Position numbers and translations under genes: made by a program
Shown: piece by piece, positions 31,709 through 41,983 of the stretch
Position numbering within the stretch: position 1 is the first letter of the stretch
How the letters are laid out: every line of letters begins with the position of its first letter
Source of the DNA: Escherichia coli
Lineage (GTDB): Bacteria > Pseudomonadota > Gammaproteobacteria > Enterobacterales > Enterobacteriaceae
Assembly: GCF_022846255.1 (NCBI RefSeq)
Contig: NZ_AP025682.1
Reading direction: 5' to 3' (one strand)
DNA: 64,000 nucleotides
The notes under the pieces: model-generated
Databases searched by the model: none
The model's input: only the letters and a program-made list of their open reading frames with translations
Told to the model about the DNA's origin: nothing

Positions 31709-32749
31709 ATGAAATCAGTGGTGAATGATACTGATGGTATCGTGCGCGTAGCAGAAAGCGTCATTCCTGAAATTAAACATCAGGATGAGGTGCGGGTAAA
31801 AATTGCCAGCTCGGGCTTATGTGGTTCCGATTTACCCAGGATATTTAAAAATGGTGCACATTATTATCCAATAACGTTAGGCCATGAATTTAGTGGCTAT
31901 ATTGATGCGGTGGGATCCGGTGTTGATGATTTACACCCCGGCGATGCGGTTGCCTGTGTGCCGTTATTACCCTGTTTTACTTGTCCAGAGTGTCTGAAAG
32001 GGTTTTATTCCCAGTGCGCAAAATATGATTTTATTGGCTCACGGCGTGATGGTGGATTTGCCGAATATATTGTCGTTAAGCGAAACAATGTCTTTGCACT
32101 ACCTGCGGATATGCCTATTGAGGATGGCGCTTTTATTGAACCGATTACTGTTGGCCTGCATGCGTTCCATTTAGCGCAAGGATGTGAGAATAAAAACGTT
32201 ATTATTATTGGTGCCGGAACCATTGGCCTGCTGGCAATTCAGTGCGCTGTCGCGTTGGGAGCAAAGAGTGTGACGGCTATCGACATTAGCTCAGAAAAAC
32301 TGGCACTGGCAAAATCTTTCGGTGCGATGCAAACATTTAACAGCCGTGAAATGAGCGCGCCGCAAATACAGGGCGTTTTACGCGATCTGCGCTTTAATCA
32401 GCTTATCCTCGAGACGGCTGGCGTCCCGCAAACCGTCGAACTGGCGGTAGAGATTGCCGGTCCTCATGCCCAACTGGCGCTGGTAGGCACGTTGCATCAG
32501 GATCTGCATTTAACATCGGCAACGTTTGGCAAAATATTGCGTAAAGAGCTGACGGTTATCGGCAGTTGGATGAACTACTCCAGCCCTTGGCCGGGGCAGG
32601 AGTGGGAAACGGCGAGCCGGTTGCTGACAGAACGTAAGTTAAGCCTGGAGCCATTAATCGCTCACCGTGGAAGCTTTGAAAGCTTCGCCCAGGCGGTGCG
32701 TGACATCGCTCGTAATGCCATGCCGGGCAAAGTGTTGCTCATTCCCTGA
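31709..32749 (+). CDS. gatD: galactitol-1-phosphate 5-dehydrogenase (Zn-dependent MDR)
   Basis: 346 aa; GHEFSG zinc-ADH motif and GAGTIG Rossmann motif. Confidence 0.95.
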   Translation: MKSVVNDTDGIVRVAESVIPEIKHQDEVRVKIASSGLCGSDLPRIFKNGAHYYPITLGHEFSGYIDAVGSGVDDLHPGDAVACVPLLPCFTCPECLKGFYSQCAKYDFIGSRRDGGFAEYIVVKRNNVFALPADMPIEDGAFIEPITVGLHAFHLAQGCENKNVIIIGAGTIGLLAIQCAVALGAKSVTAIDISSEKLALAKSFGAMQTFNSREMSAPQIQGVLRDLRFNQLILETAGVPQTVELAVEIAGPHAQLALVGTLHQDLHLTSATFGKILRKELTVIGSWMNYSSPWPGQEWETASRLLTERKLSLEPLIAHRGSFESFAQAVRDIARNAMPGKVLLIP

Positions 32750-32848
32750 AACCGCGGGCCAGCGTGATGCTGGCCCGGTATTGTGCAAAACAGATCATTC
32801 ACCAATGGTCCCCCTTCGTTTACACTAGCCACAATTGAATATGGGTAA

Positions 32849-33628
32849 ATGACGATGAATTCATTCGAGCGAAGGAATAAGATCATCCAATTAGTGAATG
32901 AACAGGGAACCGTGCTTGTTCAGGATCTGGCGGGAGTATTTGCTGCCTCGGAAGCGACAATCCGTGCCGATTTGCGCTTTCTCGAACAAAAAGGCGTGGT
33001 TACGCGCTTTCATGGCGGTGCGGCGAAAATAATGTCCGGTAATAGTGAAACCGAGACCCAGGAAGTCGGGTTTAAAGAGCGATTTCAGCTCGCCAGCGCG
33101 CCAAAAAACAGAATAGCGCAGGCGGCAGTCAAAATGATCCACGAAGGGATGACCGTTATTCTCGACAGCGGAAGTACGACAATGCTTATCGCCGAAGGAT
33201 TAATGACCGCCAAAAATATCACGGTGATTACCAACAGTCTCCCGGCAGCATTTGCCCTTTCCGAAAATAAAGACATTACTCTGGTCGTCTGCGGTGGGAC
33301 CGTCCGCCATAAAACACGCTCGATGCATGGCTCCATTGCTGAGCGTTCATTGCAGGATATTAATGCCGATTTAATGTTTGTCGGTGCTGATGGTATTGAT
33401 GCGGTTAATGGTATTACGACCTTTAATGAAGGCTATTCGATTAGCGGGGCGATGGTCACAGCCGCAAATAAAGTGATTGCCGTTCTCGATTCATCGAAAT
33501 TTAATCGTCGCGGTTTTAATCAGGTACTGCCAATCGAAAAAATTGACATTATTATTACCGATGATGCTGTGTCTGAGGTGGATAAACTGGCATTGCAGAA
33601 GACACGGGTAAAGTTAATTACGGTGTAG
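32849..33628 (+). CDS. gatR: DeoR-family repressor of the gat operon, intact
   Basis: 259 aa uninterrupted ORF with N-terminal DeoR HTH (RRNKIIQLVNEQGTVLVQDLAGVFAASEATIRADLRFLE); start may be 32855. Confidence 0.9.
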   Translation: MTMNSFERRNKIIQLVNEQGTVLVQDLAGVFAASEATIRADLRFLEQKGVVTRFHGGAAKIMSGNSETETQEVGFKERFQLASAPKNRIAQAAVKMIHEGMTVILDSGSTTMLIAEGLMTAKNITVITNSLPAAFALSENKDITLVVCGGTVRHKTRSMHGSIAERSLQDINADLMFVGADGIDAVNGITTFNEGYSISGAMVTAANKVIAVLDSSKFNRRGFNQVLPIEKIDIIITDDAVSEVDKLALQKTRVKLITV

Positions 33629-33641
33629 TATTGTTCTGTAT

Positions 33642-33671
33642 GCCGGATAAGGTGTTTACACCGCATCCGGC
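33642..33671. repeat. REP element
   Basis: GCCGGATAAGGTGTTTACACCGCATCCGGC between convergent gatR and yegS. Confidence 0.5.
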
Positions 33672-33709
33672 ATTACGGATTCTCCCTGGTTCAACAGAGA
33701 ATAGTTTGA

Positions 33710-34609
33710 TTAACGCAATAATGGACAATCTGGTGGTAATCGACAACGCAACGCCGCCGGAAGTATTTCAATATGGAAGTTTTGCCCACTCAACGGTTCG
33801 CCATCAAGATTAAAAGTGATTTCGTGTGGGGCTTGTATATCAAACCACGACGAAGCGCCTTCGATAATATTCGGGTTATCTTCGTCAGATTTTAATGTTG
33901 ATACGAGAGCCGGAAGAATTTCATCGCCGGTAAAAATGCGCAGTTGCAGCAAGCCATCGTTAATTAACGCGTTCGGGCACAATTGCTGACCGCCACCGGC
34001 CTGACGCCCGTTACCAATACCAATGACCAGGGCGTCACCTTGCCAGTGAAAGTTTTCACCGCGGATTTCACAACGGTCCGGTTGCAGAGTATCCATGCGC
34101 ATTAAGCCATGAATGATGTAAGAGACGCCACCCAGCGCGGCTTTTAATTTTTCCGGCGTTTCTGTGGTAATACGCGTCCCAAATCCGCCTGTCGCCATAT
34201 TAATAAAACAGGTTTGTTTGTTGACCTGCGCCATATCTATCGCAATGGCGTTACCGGCAATTGCCAGTTTCAGCGCCTTATCCAGTGCCTCAGGAATCCC
34301 TACACTGGTGGCAAAATCATTGGCGGTTCCTAATGGCAAAATTCCCAGCGCGGGTATGTCATCCCCCTCACACTGAATCAACGCCGTAGAAACTTCATTA
34401 ATGGTGCCATCGCCACCACCGGCAATCACCGTTGCGACGCCCAACTTCCGGGCCTCCTCTACATATCGTGCGGCATCGCCTTTCTCCCAGGTGACCCGCA
34501 CATGGATCGTCATTCCTTCCTCACGCAACAGCATAATTGCTTCGCGCAAGGGTAAATTGTCAGTACTTTTGCCATTAAGAATCAGTAAGCTGGCGGGAAA
34601 TTCTGCCAT
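33710..34609 (-). CDS. yegS: lipid kinase YegS (DAG-kinase-like fold)
   Basis: 299 aa, [15 protein letters not shown]...; GGDGT motif. Confidence 0.93.
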   Translation of the reverse strand: MAEFPASLLILNGKSTDNLPLREAIMLLREEGMTIHVRVTWEKGDAARYVEEARKLGVATVIAGGGDGTINEVSTALIQCEGDDIPALGILPLGTANDFATSVGIPEALDKALKLAIAGNAIAIDMAQVNKQTCFINMATGGFGTRITTETPEKLKAALGGVSYIIHGLMRMDTLQPDRCEIRGENFHWQGDALVIGIGNGRQAGGGQQLCPNALINDGLLQLRIFTGDEILPALVSTLKSDEDNPNIIEGASSWFDIQAPHEITFNLDGEPLSGQNFHIEILPAALRCRLPPDCPLLR

Positions 34610-35023
34610 GATCGTATGTGCCTTTATGATTGGTCTGTAGATAGTGTAGAGCAGAAAAGAAAAGGTAGAGTCAGAACAGGATGAAAGTCGGAGGATAAAA
34701 AGTCAGTTCAAGTATGGAAGATTCAGTGGTTACCACCAGGAGCTTGCAATGGGGACAGCGAATACTAACGGCAGCCACCGATAAATTTCAAAAAAGAGCA
34801 TATACCTAATATTCAACTAAACAGTGGCATCTTCAATATACTATTAAAAATATATTAACCCCCCCATGGGGTTACCCGGAAGGGCATCCGTGTATGTAAT
34901 TCCTACTTATGTAGGAAATGTTGTACAGAACATTTATTATAATCCTATTCAAATATAATAATCATGCCATTATTATATTTAAACACCAGAGCGTGTCGTT
35001 GGTATTTAATGGGGGAAGGTAAG

Positions 35024-35341
35024 ATGAAAAAGATAGCTGCTATATCATTAATTAGTGTTTTTCTTATGTCTGGTTGTGCTGTGCATAATGATGAGACAAG
35101 TATCGGTAAATTTGGCCTTGCATATAAAAGTAATATTCAGCGTAAACTCGATAACCAATACTACACCGAAGCCGAAGCTTCTTTAGCCAGGGGCAGAATT
35201 TCTGGTGCAGAAAATATAGTAAAAAATGATGCAGCTCATTTCTGTGTTACTCAGGGAAAAAAAATGCAGATAGTTGACCTGAAGACAGAAGGTGCAGGAT
35301 TACATGGCGTCGCTCGTCTGACATTCAAATGTGGAGAGTGA
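35024..35341 (+). CDS. yegR: small lipoprotein YegR
   Basis: 105 aa from MKKIAAISLISVFLMSGC (lipobox LMSGC); SD GGAAGG upstream; the 125-aa track ORF is an extension. Confidence 0.8.
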   Translation: MKKIAAISLISVFLMSGCAVHNDETSIGKFGLAYKSNIQRKLDNQYYTEAEASLARGRISGAENIVKNDAAHFCVTQGKKMQIVDLKTEGAGLHGVARLTFKCGE

Positions 35342-35498
35342 GAATATTTTTTGGTAAGCGTCAAACATGCGCGTTCTGGCTGTGCGTAACCGGAACCTGT
35401 GCGAGCACGATGCCAATAAGTGAAAGGCATCGTGCTATGAGGGGAGATTCTATCGATGTGGTCAATGGAAGACGGTTACCAGGATACGGCTTATGCAT

Positions 35499-35585
35499 AA
35501 AAAATAAGCCCGTGTAAGGGAGATTACACAGGCTAAGGAGGTGGTTCCTGGTACAGCTAGCATTTTATGGGTTATGTTTTTCAGC
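35499..35585 (-). ncRNA. cyaR: CyaR (RyeE) Hfq-dependent sRNA
   Basis: Minus strand reads GCTGAAAAACATAACCCATAAAATGCTAGCTGTACCAGGAACCACCTCCTTAGCCTGTGTAATCTCCCTTACACGGGCTTATTTTTT, matching CyaR including the terminator hairpin and U-tract. Confidence 0.85.
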
Positions 35586-35669
35586 GAAACGGATGATAAC
35601 CTTAATAAATGCAGCTGTATGTGATCGGTTTCTAAGAATTTTCCATCCGGGAAAAATAATCGAAATTAA

Positions 35670-37031
35670 TCACTTACCGTGGGGGTTACGCGTGGTTTCC
35701 CCGGAGAAATTACGCATCAGCAGCGCGTAATTTAGCTCAAGATCCTGCGGCACCGGGATCCACACAGTATAACCATCGCCCGGTGCGACCGGCATTGCTT
35801 CGCCTTTGGCGTTTTCCATATGCTCAAGGGTAAAGTTAATGTTCCCTTGCGGCGTCATCAGCTCAAGGCTGTCGCCAACGGAGAATTTATTTTTCACCGC
35901 TACCGCCGCGAGGTCGCCCTTGCGCTCACCGGTAAACTCACCAACAAACTGCTGGCGGTCAGAAACTGAATAACCGTATTCGTAGTTCTGATAATCGTCG
36001 TGAGTATGACGACGCAGGAAACCTTCGGTATAGCCACGATGCGCCAGACCTTCCAGAGTTTCCAGCAGGCTGGTATCGAACGGTTTGCCCGCAGCGGCAT
36101 CATCGATAGCTTTACGGTAAACCTGCGCGGTGCGTGCGCAATAGTAGAAAGATTTGGTACGACCTTCGATTTTCAGCGAATGCACGCCCATTTTGGTCAG
36201 GCGTTCTACATGGGCGATGGCGCGCAGATCTTTCGAGTTCATGATGTAAGTGCCGTGCTCATCTTCAAACGCGGTCATATACTCGCCCGGACGCTGGGCT
36301 TCTTCGATCATAAACACTTTGTCGGTTGGCGCGCCGATACCCAGCGTCGGCTCAACATTTTGCACCGGAATCGGCTCGTACTTGTGTACGATGTTGCCAA
36401 CGTCATCTTCTTTCCCTTCCTGGACGTTGTACTCCCAGCGGCAGGCGTTGGTGCAGGTACCCTGGTTCGGGTCGCGCTTGTTGATATAGCCAGAGAGCAG
36501 GCAGCGACCGGAGTAGGCCATGCACAGCGCGCCGTGAACGAAGATCTCGATCTCCATATCCGGCACCTGATTGCGGATCTCTTCAATCTCTTCCAGCGAC
36601 AGCTCGCGAGAGAGGATCACGCGGGTCAGTCCCATTTGCTGCCAGAATTTCACCGTCGCCCAGTTCACGGCGTTAGCCTGTACCGAGAGATGGATCGGCA
36701 TTTCAGGGAAGTGCTCGCGCACCAGCATAATCAGCCCCGGATCGGACATAATCAGCGCATCCGGCCCCATTTCCACCACCGGTTTCAGGTCACGGATAAA
36801 GGTTTTCAGCTTGGCGTTGTGCGGTGCAATGTTGACCACAACATAAAACTTTTTCCCCAGCGCGTGGGCTTCATTGATGCCGAGCTGAAGATTTTCGTGG
36901 TTGAATTCGTTGTTGCGCACACGCAGGGAGTAACGCGGCTGGCCCGCATAAACAGCATCTGCGCCATAAGCGAAAGCGTAACGCATATTTTTCAGCGTTC
37001 CCGCCGGGGAAAGGAGTTCCGGTTTAAACAT
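35670..37031 (-). CDS. yegQ: U32-family protein YegQ/TrhP (tRNA U34 hydroxylation)
   Basis: 453 aa, MFKPELLSPAGTLKNMRYAFAYGADAVYAG (U32 family). Confidence 0.93.
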   Translation of the reverse strand: MFKPELLSPAGTLKNMRYAFAYGADAVYAGQPRYSLRVRNNEFNHENLQLGINEAHALGKKFYVVVNIAPHNAKLKTFIRDLKPVVEMGPDALIMSDPGLIMLVREHFPEMPIHLSVQANAVNWATVKFWQQMGLTRVILSRELSLEEIEEIRNQVPDMEIEIFVHGALCMAYSGRCLLSGYINKRDPNQGTCTNACRWEYNVQEGKEDDVGNIVHKYEPIPVQNVEPTLGIGAPTDKVFMIEEAQRPGEYMTAFEDEHGTYIMNSKDLRAIAHVERLTKMGVHSLKIEGRTKSFYYCARTAQVYRKAIDDAAAGKPFDTSLLETLEGLAHRGYTEGFLRRHTHDDYQNYEYGYSVSDRQQFVGEFTGERKGDLAAVAVKNKFSVGDSLELMTPQGNINFTLEHMENAKGEAMPVAPGDGYTVWIPVPQDLELNYALLMRNFSGETTRNPHGK

Positions 37032-37133
37032 AATTCTCTCGTTCTGATGACAGGTCAGATCCGCTTCACCTGATGAAGCGGTTAGGGGAGTGCCCCCACT
37101 TTAAGGGCGGGCATTGTAGCGCAATCGGCGGGT

Positions 37134-37430
37134 TTAGCTCCAGTGTAAATGTCTGGAGGCGTCCTGGTTTTGGTTAAGGATACGAATGACGATAATTTCC
37201 TCTGGTGATTGCAGGAAATAAATTACGTGGCGTTCAAAAGGAAGAACAAAAATACCTTCGCCTAATTCAGGTCTGGGTGTACCTATATTATTGTTACTCA
37301 GAATCTGGAGAACGTCTGAAAGATGTTCCACATATCTGTCGGCTTGTGGTTCGCCGAAATGGTGATAGCTGTAATACCAGATGCCTTCTAAATCCTCATT
37401 GGCTTTTGGCATGAGTTTTATAGTACGCAC
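37134..37430 (-). CDS. ParE/RelE-superfamily toxin (type II TA)
   Basis: 98 aa; pattern A..DL..I..Y ... HVIYF ... IIVIRIL typical of ParE toxins; start 1 nt after the stop of the upstream RHH antitoxin gene. Confidence 0.75.
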   Translation of the reverse strand: MRTIKLMPKANEDLEGIWYYSYHHFGEPQADRYVEHLSDVLQILSNNNIGTPRPELGEGIFVLPFERHVIYFLQSPEEIIVIRILNQNQDASRHLHWS

Positions 37431-37431
37431 A

Positions 37432-37683
37432 TTATTTCCTTATCCCTGCTTTCACCTTCCGTAAAAACGCGTCCTTTTCCCACGGCTGAGCTTCACCACT
37501 ACTCAACCCTTCAGCGAGCATGTCACGTAACGCTTGCAGGCGAGACTCTGCTTGCTTTTCTCGAAGTAAGCGCAGCGACTCACGGATCACTTCGCTTTGG
37601 GTGCGATAGTCGCCGGATTCAATTAAGGACTCGATAAATTCACGCAACTCATCGCCGAGATCAACCGTCATCGTTCTGGCCAT
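37432..37683 (-). CDS. ParD-like (RHH/CopG, COG3609-type) antitoxin
   Basis: About 83 aa from MARTMTVDLGDELREFIESLIESGDYRTQSEVIRESLRLLREKQ (ribbon-helix-helix fold pattern); immediately upstream of the ParE-like gene. Confidence 0.75.
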   Translation of the reverse strand: MARTMTVDLGDELREFIESLIESGDYRTQSEVIRESLRLLREKQAESRLQALRDMLAEGLSSGEAQPWEKDAFLRKVKAGIRK

Positions 37684-37696
37684 TTTACGCCCGCCT

Positions 37697-37713
37697 GTAA
37701 GTAAAAATCTTAC
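37697..37713. promoter_or_regulatory. candidate autoregulatory operator palindrome of the TA promoter (GTAAG-N7-CTTAC)
   Basis: Inverted repeat 14 bp upstream of the antitoxin ATG; the operator assignment is inference. Confidence 0.3.
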
Positions 37714-37936
37714 ATCAGTGTATTTCATAAACCGGATAGCGTCACGAAAGTATTAGAAGATATTTTGGCATATGAACATGTTCAGGAAGATAAGTATGGG
37801 ATGGTAAACAAAGAAAGCACAACGAGTGCTTGTCAGTGCCCACTATTTTAATGGCGGAGGTTAATCTTAATTATCAATAACTAAGAGTTGTTTTGATATA
37901 AAGCCGGACGCCAACAACCCACGCCCGGCATCGTAA

Positions 37937-38269
37937 TTACGTATTGTCTTTTACCGTCTGACTTGTGCCATTGGCTTTAACGGAGGCAATTCCGGTTTCA
38001 CGAGATTGCGCGGTGGCGTACATCTGGCTGGAGCCGATAATTTGATGATTGGCGGCTTTCAGATTGAAATAGAATTTGCCGTTGCTTGCCGTTTTTTTCT
38101 CATAGCGTTCTTCTTGCGGGCTGTTGCTACGTACCGACGCGATGCCCTTTTCCGCAGAGGCTTTTGAGGTATACAGCTCGCTGGTGAGGATAGTCTCACC
38201 ATTGCCCGCTTTTAGCACAAACCGGAACTGATTATCACTGCTCTTACTGAGTTCAAACCAACCAGCCAT
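37937..38269 (-). CDS. yegP: YegP (UPF0339, tandem DUF1508 repeats)
   Basis: 110 aa from MAGWFELSKSSDNQFRFVLKAGNGETI; internal repeat (FVLKAGNGE.. / YFNLKAANHQ..). Confidence 0.85.
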   Translation of the reverse strand: MAGWFELSKSSDNQFRFVLKAGNGETILTSELYTSKASAEKGIASVRSNSPQEERYEKKTASNGKFYFNLKAANHQIIGSSQMYATAQSRETGIASVKANGTSQTVKDNT

Positions 38270-38448
38270 AATGACTCCTTGATTGAAATTGCGTATCGAA
38301 AACAGCATCTAAAGGTACTGTTTGCCAATTAAAGTATGAGCGATTTTCTGGTGCCTGCCAGGGCGGAGAGATAATGTCAGTTTGCTGACCATGCGTGGGA
38401 TAATGTTGCCGGATCTGGTCTGAAGGCCATCTCCGGCAGGTAAAAATG

Positions 38449-39171
38449 TTAAACGATGCGGCAGGCATCGGCTTCCCAGCGGTAACCGACGCCGTAAACG
38501 GCGCGGATAAATGACTGTTCGGCGTCGAGAGATTCCAGCTTGCGGCGCAGGTTTTTAATGTGGCTGTCGATGGTACGGTCAGTTACCACGCGGTAGTCGT
38601 CATAAAGATGGTTCAGCAACTGCTCGCGGGAGAACACTTTTCCTGGTTCATGAGAGAGCGTTTTCAGCAGACGAAATTCTGCAGGCGTCAGGTCAAGCAT
38701 TTTACCGCGCCATGAAGCCTGAAAACGACCTTCGTCGATAATCAACGGGCTTTCAGCATCCTGTTGCTGCAACTCACGCTGCGGTTTGCAACGGCGCAAA
38801 ATGGTTTTGACGCGCGCTACCACTTCCCGTGGGCTGTACGGTTTGCAGATGTAGTCATCTGCGCCAATCTCCAGCCCGAGCAGGCGGTCGATCTCTTCGA
38901 TTTTTGCTGTCACCATCACGATCGGAATGTCAGAAAAACGACGAATCTCCCGACACAACGTCAGGCCATCGGTGCCAGGGAGCATCAGATCCAACAGGAT
39001 CAGATCCGGTGGTGTCTGGCGCACATATGGCAGTACCTGATCGCCGTGGCTGATAAGCGTCGGCGCATAGCTCGCAGCACGCAGATAATCAATGAGTAAC
39101 TGTCCCAGCTTCGGTTCATCTTCCACGATCAAAATACGCGGTGTGTTTTCGTCGATTGGTAACTCGGTCAT
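38449..39171 (-). CDS. baeR: OmpR-family response regulator BaeR
   Basis: 240 aa; receiver domain (ILIVEDEPK ... [10 protein letters not shown]) plus winged-helix C-terminus; overlaps baeS. Confidence 0.95.
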
Positions 39172-40571
39172 ACTTCTCTCTGTAAATCCCGTTCCAGCGG
39201 TAACTCTACTGTAATGCTTACCCCGCCAAAAGGCGAATGGGCAGCAATAATGCGACCATTATGTGCTTCAACAATGTTCAGGCAAATCGCCAGCCCCAGC
39301 CCGGAACCGCCGCTGGCTCGGTTGCGGGAGCCTTCGGTGCGATAAAAACGTTCAAACAATTTTTGTAGCTGATCGTCACTGACGCCCGGCGCGCTGTCGG
39401 CAAAGGTCAGGCGCACCGTTTTGTCGTGCTGCTCGGCAGAGATTATCAGGCTACCGCCGCTGTCAGTGTAGCGCAGGCTGTTTTCCAGTAAGTTATTGAA
39501 TAACTGCATTAAACGGTCGCGATCGCCAAATACGGTAATACTGTCTGGCAGGGAAAATTGCAGTTTCAGGCCACGGCTGGCGAATCGTTCGCGAAATGCG
39601 CCGCCCGCCACTTCCAGCAGTGGGATCAAATCTACCGGTGCTTTTTGATAGGCGAGAGCGCCTTCATCAGACATCGACAACTGATGGAGATCGTCAACCA
39701 GTTTGGTCAGTGTACCGACCTCCGCCTGTAAAGACGCCACCGTCTCCGGCGTGAATTTACGCACGCCATCCTGAATGGCTTCCAGTTCACCGCGCAGCAC
39801 CGCTAATGGCGTACGCAGTTCGTGAGAAATATCGGCCATAAAATCGCGCCGCATTTGCTGGTTTTTCTCCAGCGTGCTGGCAAGCTGGTTGAAGTCTTGC
39901 GCCAGTTTGCCCAATTCATCTTCACTGGTGGGCGTCACGCGAGTAGTGAAATCGCCCGCTGCCAGTTTGTGTGTACCGTCCACCAGTCGTTTGACCGGAG
40001 CCAGCAAACCGCGCGCCAGTGGGAATGTCGCCAGCGCCGCTAACAAGGTAGATAAAGCGACAATCAGCCAACTGGTTTGCCTCTGTTGTCTGTCAAAATT
40101 GATATCGGTATTGCGGGTCAGTCGTTCAACAGGGGAGGCGATCACCGCACCCACTTCCGCCCCATTGACCATAATGGGCCGCCGTGTGCCGTCTGGTGGA
40201 ATCGGTGCTCGCGGGCCAACCAGCACTTTGTTGTTTTGATCAACCACCCAGAATTGCGTGCGCCAACCGTGTGGCGGCATACCGGGGCCGGGCTTATCTT
40301 CGTTGTTATCATGCTCCAGCGAACGTAGGATCTGAAATACAAAGCGATCGTTATTACGCAGGAAGCGCCAGTTCCCGTGCTGGGCGTACTGCTCACCAAG
40401 CGCATCGCCGAGCATTTGCAGCCGTTGTTCATTACCATGCTTGATGTAATCAATAAAGCCACGCTCAAAACTGATACGCACCGCCCAGTGCATACTGATC
40501 AGCAAGACAATGCAGGTGGCGAAAATCGCCAGAAACAGTTTGCCGGTAATACCGGGTCGCCAGAACTTCAT
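39168..40571 (-). CDS. baeS: envelope-stress sensor histidine kinase BaeS
   Basis: 467 aa; two TM segments, HAMP, H-box ISHELRTPL, HATPase_c. Confidence 0.95.
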
Positions 40572-41983
40572 TGCGCGCTCCTTTTTCGCCGCGAAATAGC
40601 GACATTTTGATGCGTATCGTTCGGCACTCTGGCAAAGATGAACGCCGGAAGGGCGATGATAAACGCCATGCTAAGCCAGGTGTACATAAAGACGGTTTGT
40701 GTGGTGCCGCTGTCGACGCTGACATGCTGTGAACCAAAAAGTCCCAGCAACAGCCCGGCGATAGTGACGCCGATACTCATCGACAATTGCATAATCATCG
40801 ACAGCAGGCTGTTTCCGCTGCTCGCCAGATTGTCCGGGAGATCTTTCAGCGTCAGGGTGTTCATGGAGGAGAAACGCGTTGAGTTGACCATTCCTTGTAA
40901 AAACAGGACGAACGGTAAAACGTAGTACCAGCCCAGCAGCGCGGTGGTCATAAACAACATGGTGACCAGCGACAGACCCAGCGTGGTCGCTACCAGTACC
41001 CGACGATAACCAAAGCGATTCACCACCTGTACCACAATTCGCTTCATTCCCATGCTGCCAAGCACCATCGGGATCATCATCAGTCCGGCATGAAAAGGCG
41101 AGAAACCGAGGCCAATTTGCAGGAAAACCGGCGTCATAAAGGGCAACATGCCGCTACCGATACGTCCGGCAAAGCTCCCCGCCAGGCCCAGTGAAAAGGT
41201 ACGAGTGCGGAACAGTTTCAGACTGAAAAGAGCGCGGTTGTTATTTCTGGCGTGCAGCAGATAAAGCACCAGTGCCACCACACCAACTGTGACCAGGCCA
41301 GCAATCGCCAGCGGCGATAAACCTGTACCTTTACTGCCGTCCAGCGCCAGGGTTAATACCGCCATGCCAACCGCCAGCAATAAAAAGCCGGAGAGATCAA
41401 AGCACCGCGTCTGCATGGTGTAGTTCGGCATTAACATCAGTGTGGCGATCGCGCCAATAATCCCCACCGGAATGTTGATCAAAAAGATCCAGTGCCACGA
41501 TGCGTACTCCACCAGCAGACCGCCGAGCGCCGGGCCAAGCAGCGGCCCGACCTGACCGGGCAGCGTGACAAAGGTCATCGCCGCCATATATTGCTCGCGC
41601 GGTACGATTTTCATCACCGTCAACCTACCGACCGGCACCATCATCGCGCCGCCAACGCCCTGTAACGCGCGTGCCAGCAACAGTTCGTTCAGCGTGCCGG
41701 AAAGCGCGCAAAACAGTGAACCGAGAGTAAACAGCACGATGGCGGTAAAGAAAATATTGCGCACGCCGACTTTGTCCGCCAGCCAGCCGCTGGCGGGCAG
41801 CATCACCGCCACGGTCAGTACATAAGAGACAATGACCATGTGCATATGCAACGGACTTTCCCCGAGGCTTTGCGCCATTGAGGGAAGCGCGGTGTTAACG
41901 ATGGTGGTGTCCAGCGACTGCATAAAGAAGCCGAAAGCCACAATCCACAATTGCCAGCGGGTGCTGTCGGGAAGATCTGTCAT
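40568..41983 (-). CDS. mdtD: MFS transporter MdtD
   Basis: 471 aa, 14-TM type MFS; operon position. Confidence 0.95.
   Translation of the reverse strand: MTDLPDSTRWQLWIVAFGFFMQSLDTTIVNTALPSMAQSLGESPLHMHMVIVSYVLTVAVMLPASGWLADKVGVRNIFFTAIVLFTLGSLFCALSGTLNELLLARALQGVGGAMMVPVGRLTVMKIVPREQYMAAMTFVTLPGQVGPLLGPALGGLLVEYASWHWIFLINIPVGIIGAIATLMLMPNYTMQTRCFDLSGFLLLAVGMAVLTLALDGSKGTGLSPLAIAGLVTVGVVALVLYLLHARNNNRALFSLKLFRTRTFSLGLAGSFAGRIGSGMLPFMTPVFLQIGLGFSPFHAGLMMIPMVLGSMGMKRIVVQVVNRFGYRRVLVATTLGLSLVTMLFMTTALLGWYYVLPFVLFLQGMVNSTRFSSMNTLTLKDLPDNLASSGNSLLSMIMQLSMSIGVTIAGLLLGLFGSQHVSVDSGTTQTVFMYTWLSMAFIIALPAFIFARVPNDTHQNVAISRRKRSAQ

Noticed and set aside
36000-37073. 357-aa plus-strand ORF antisense to yegQ
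   Set aside because: Antisense to a conserved U32-family gene; no independent start signals.
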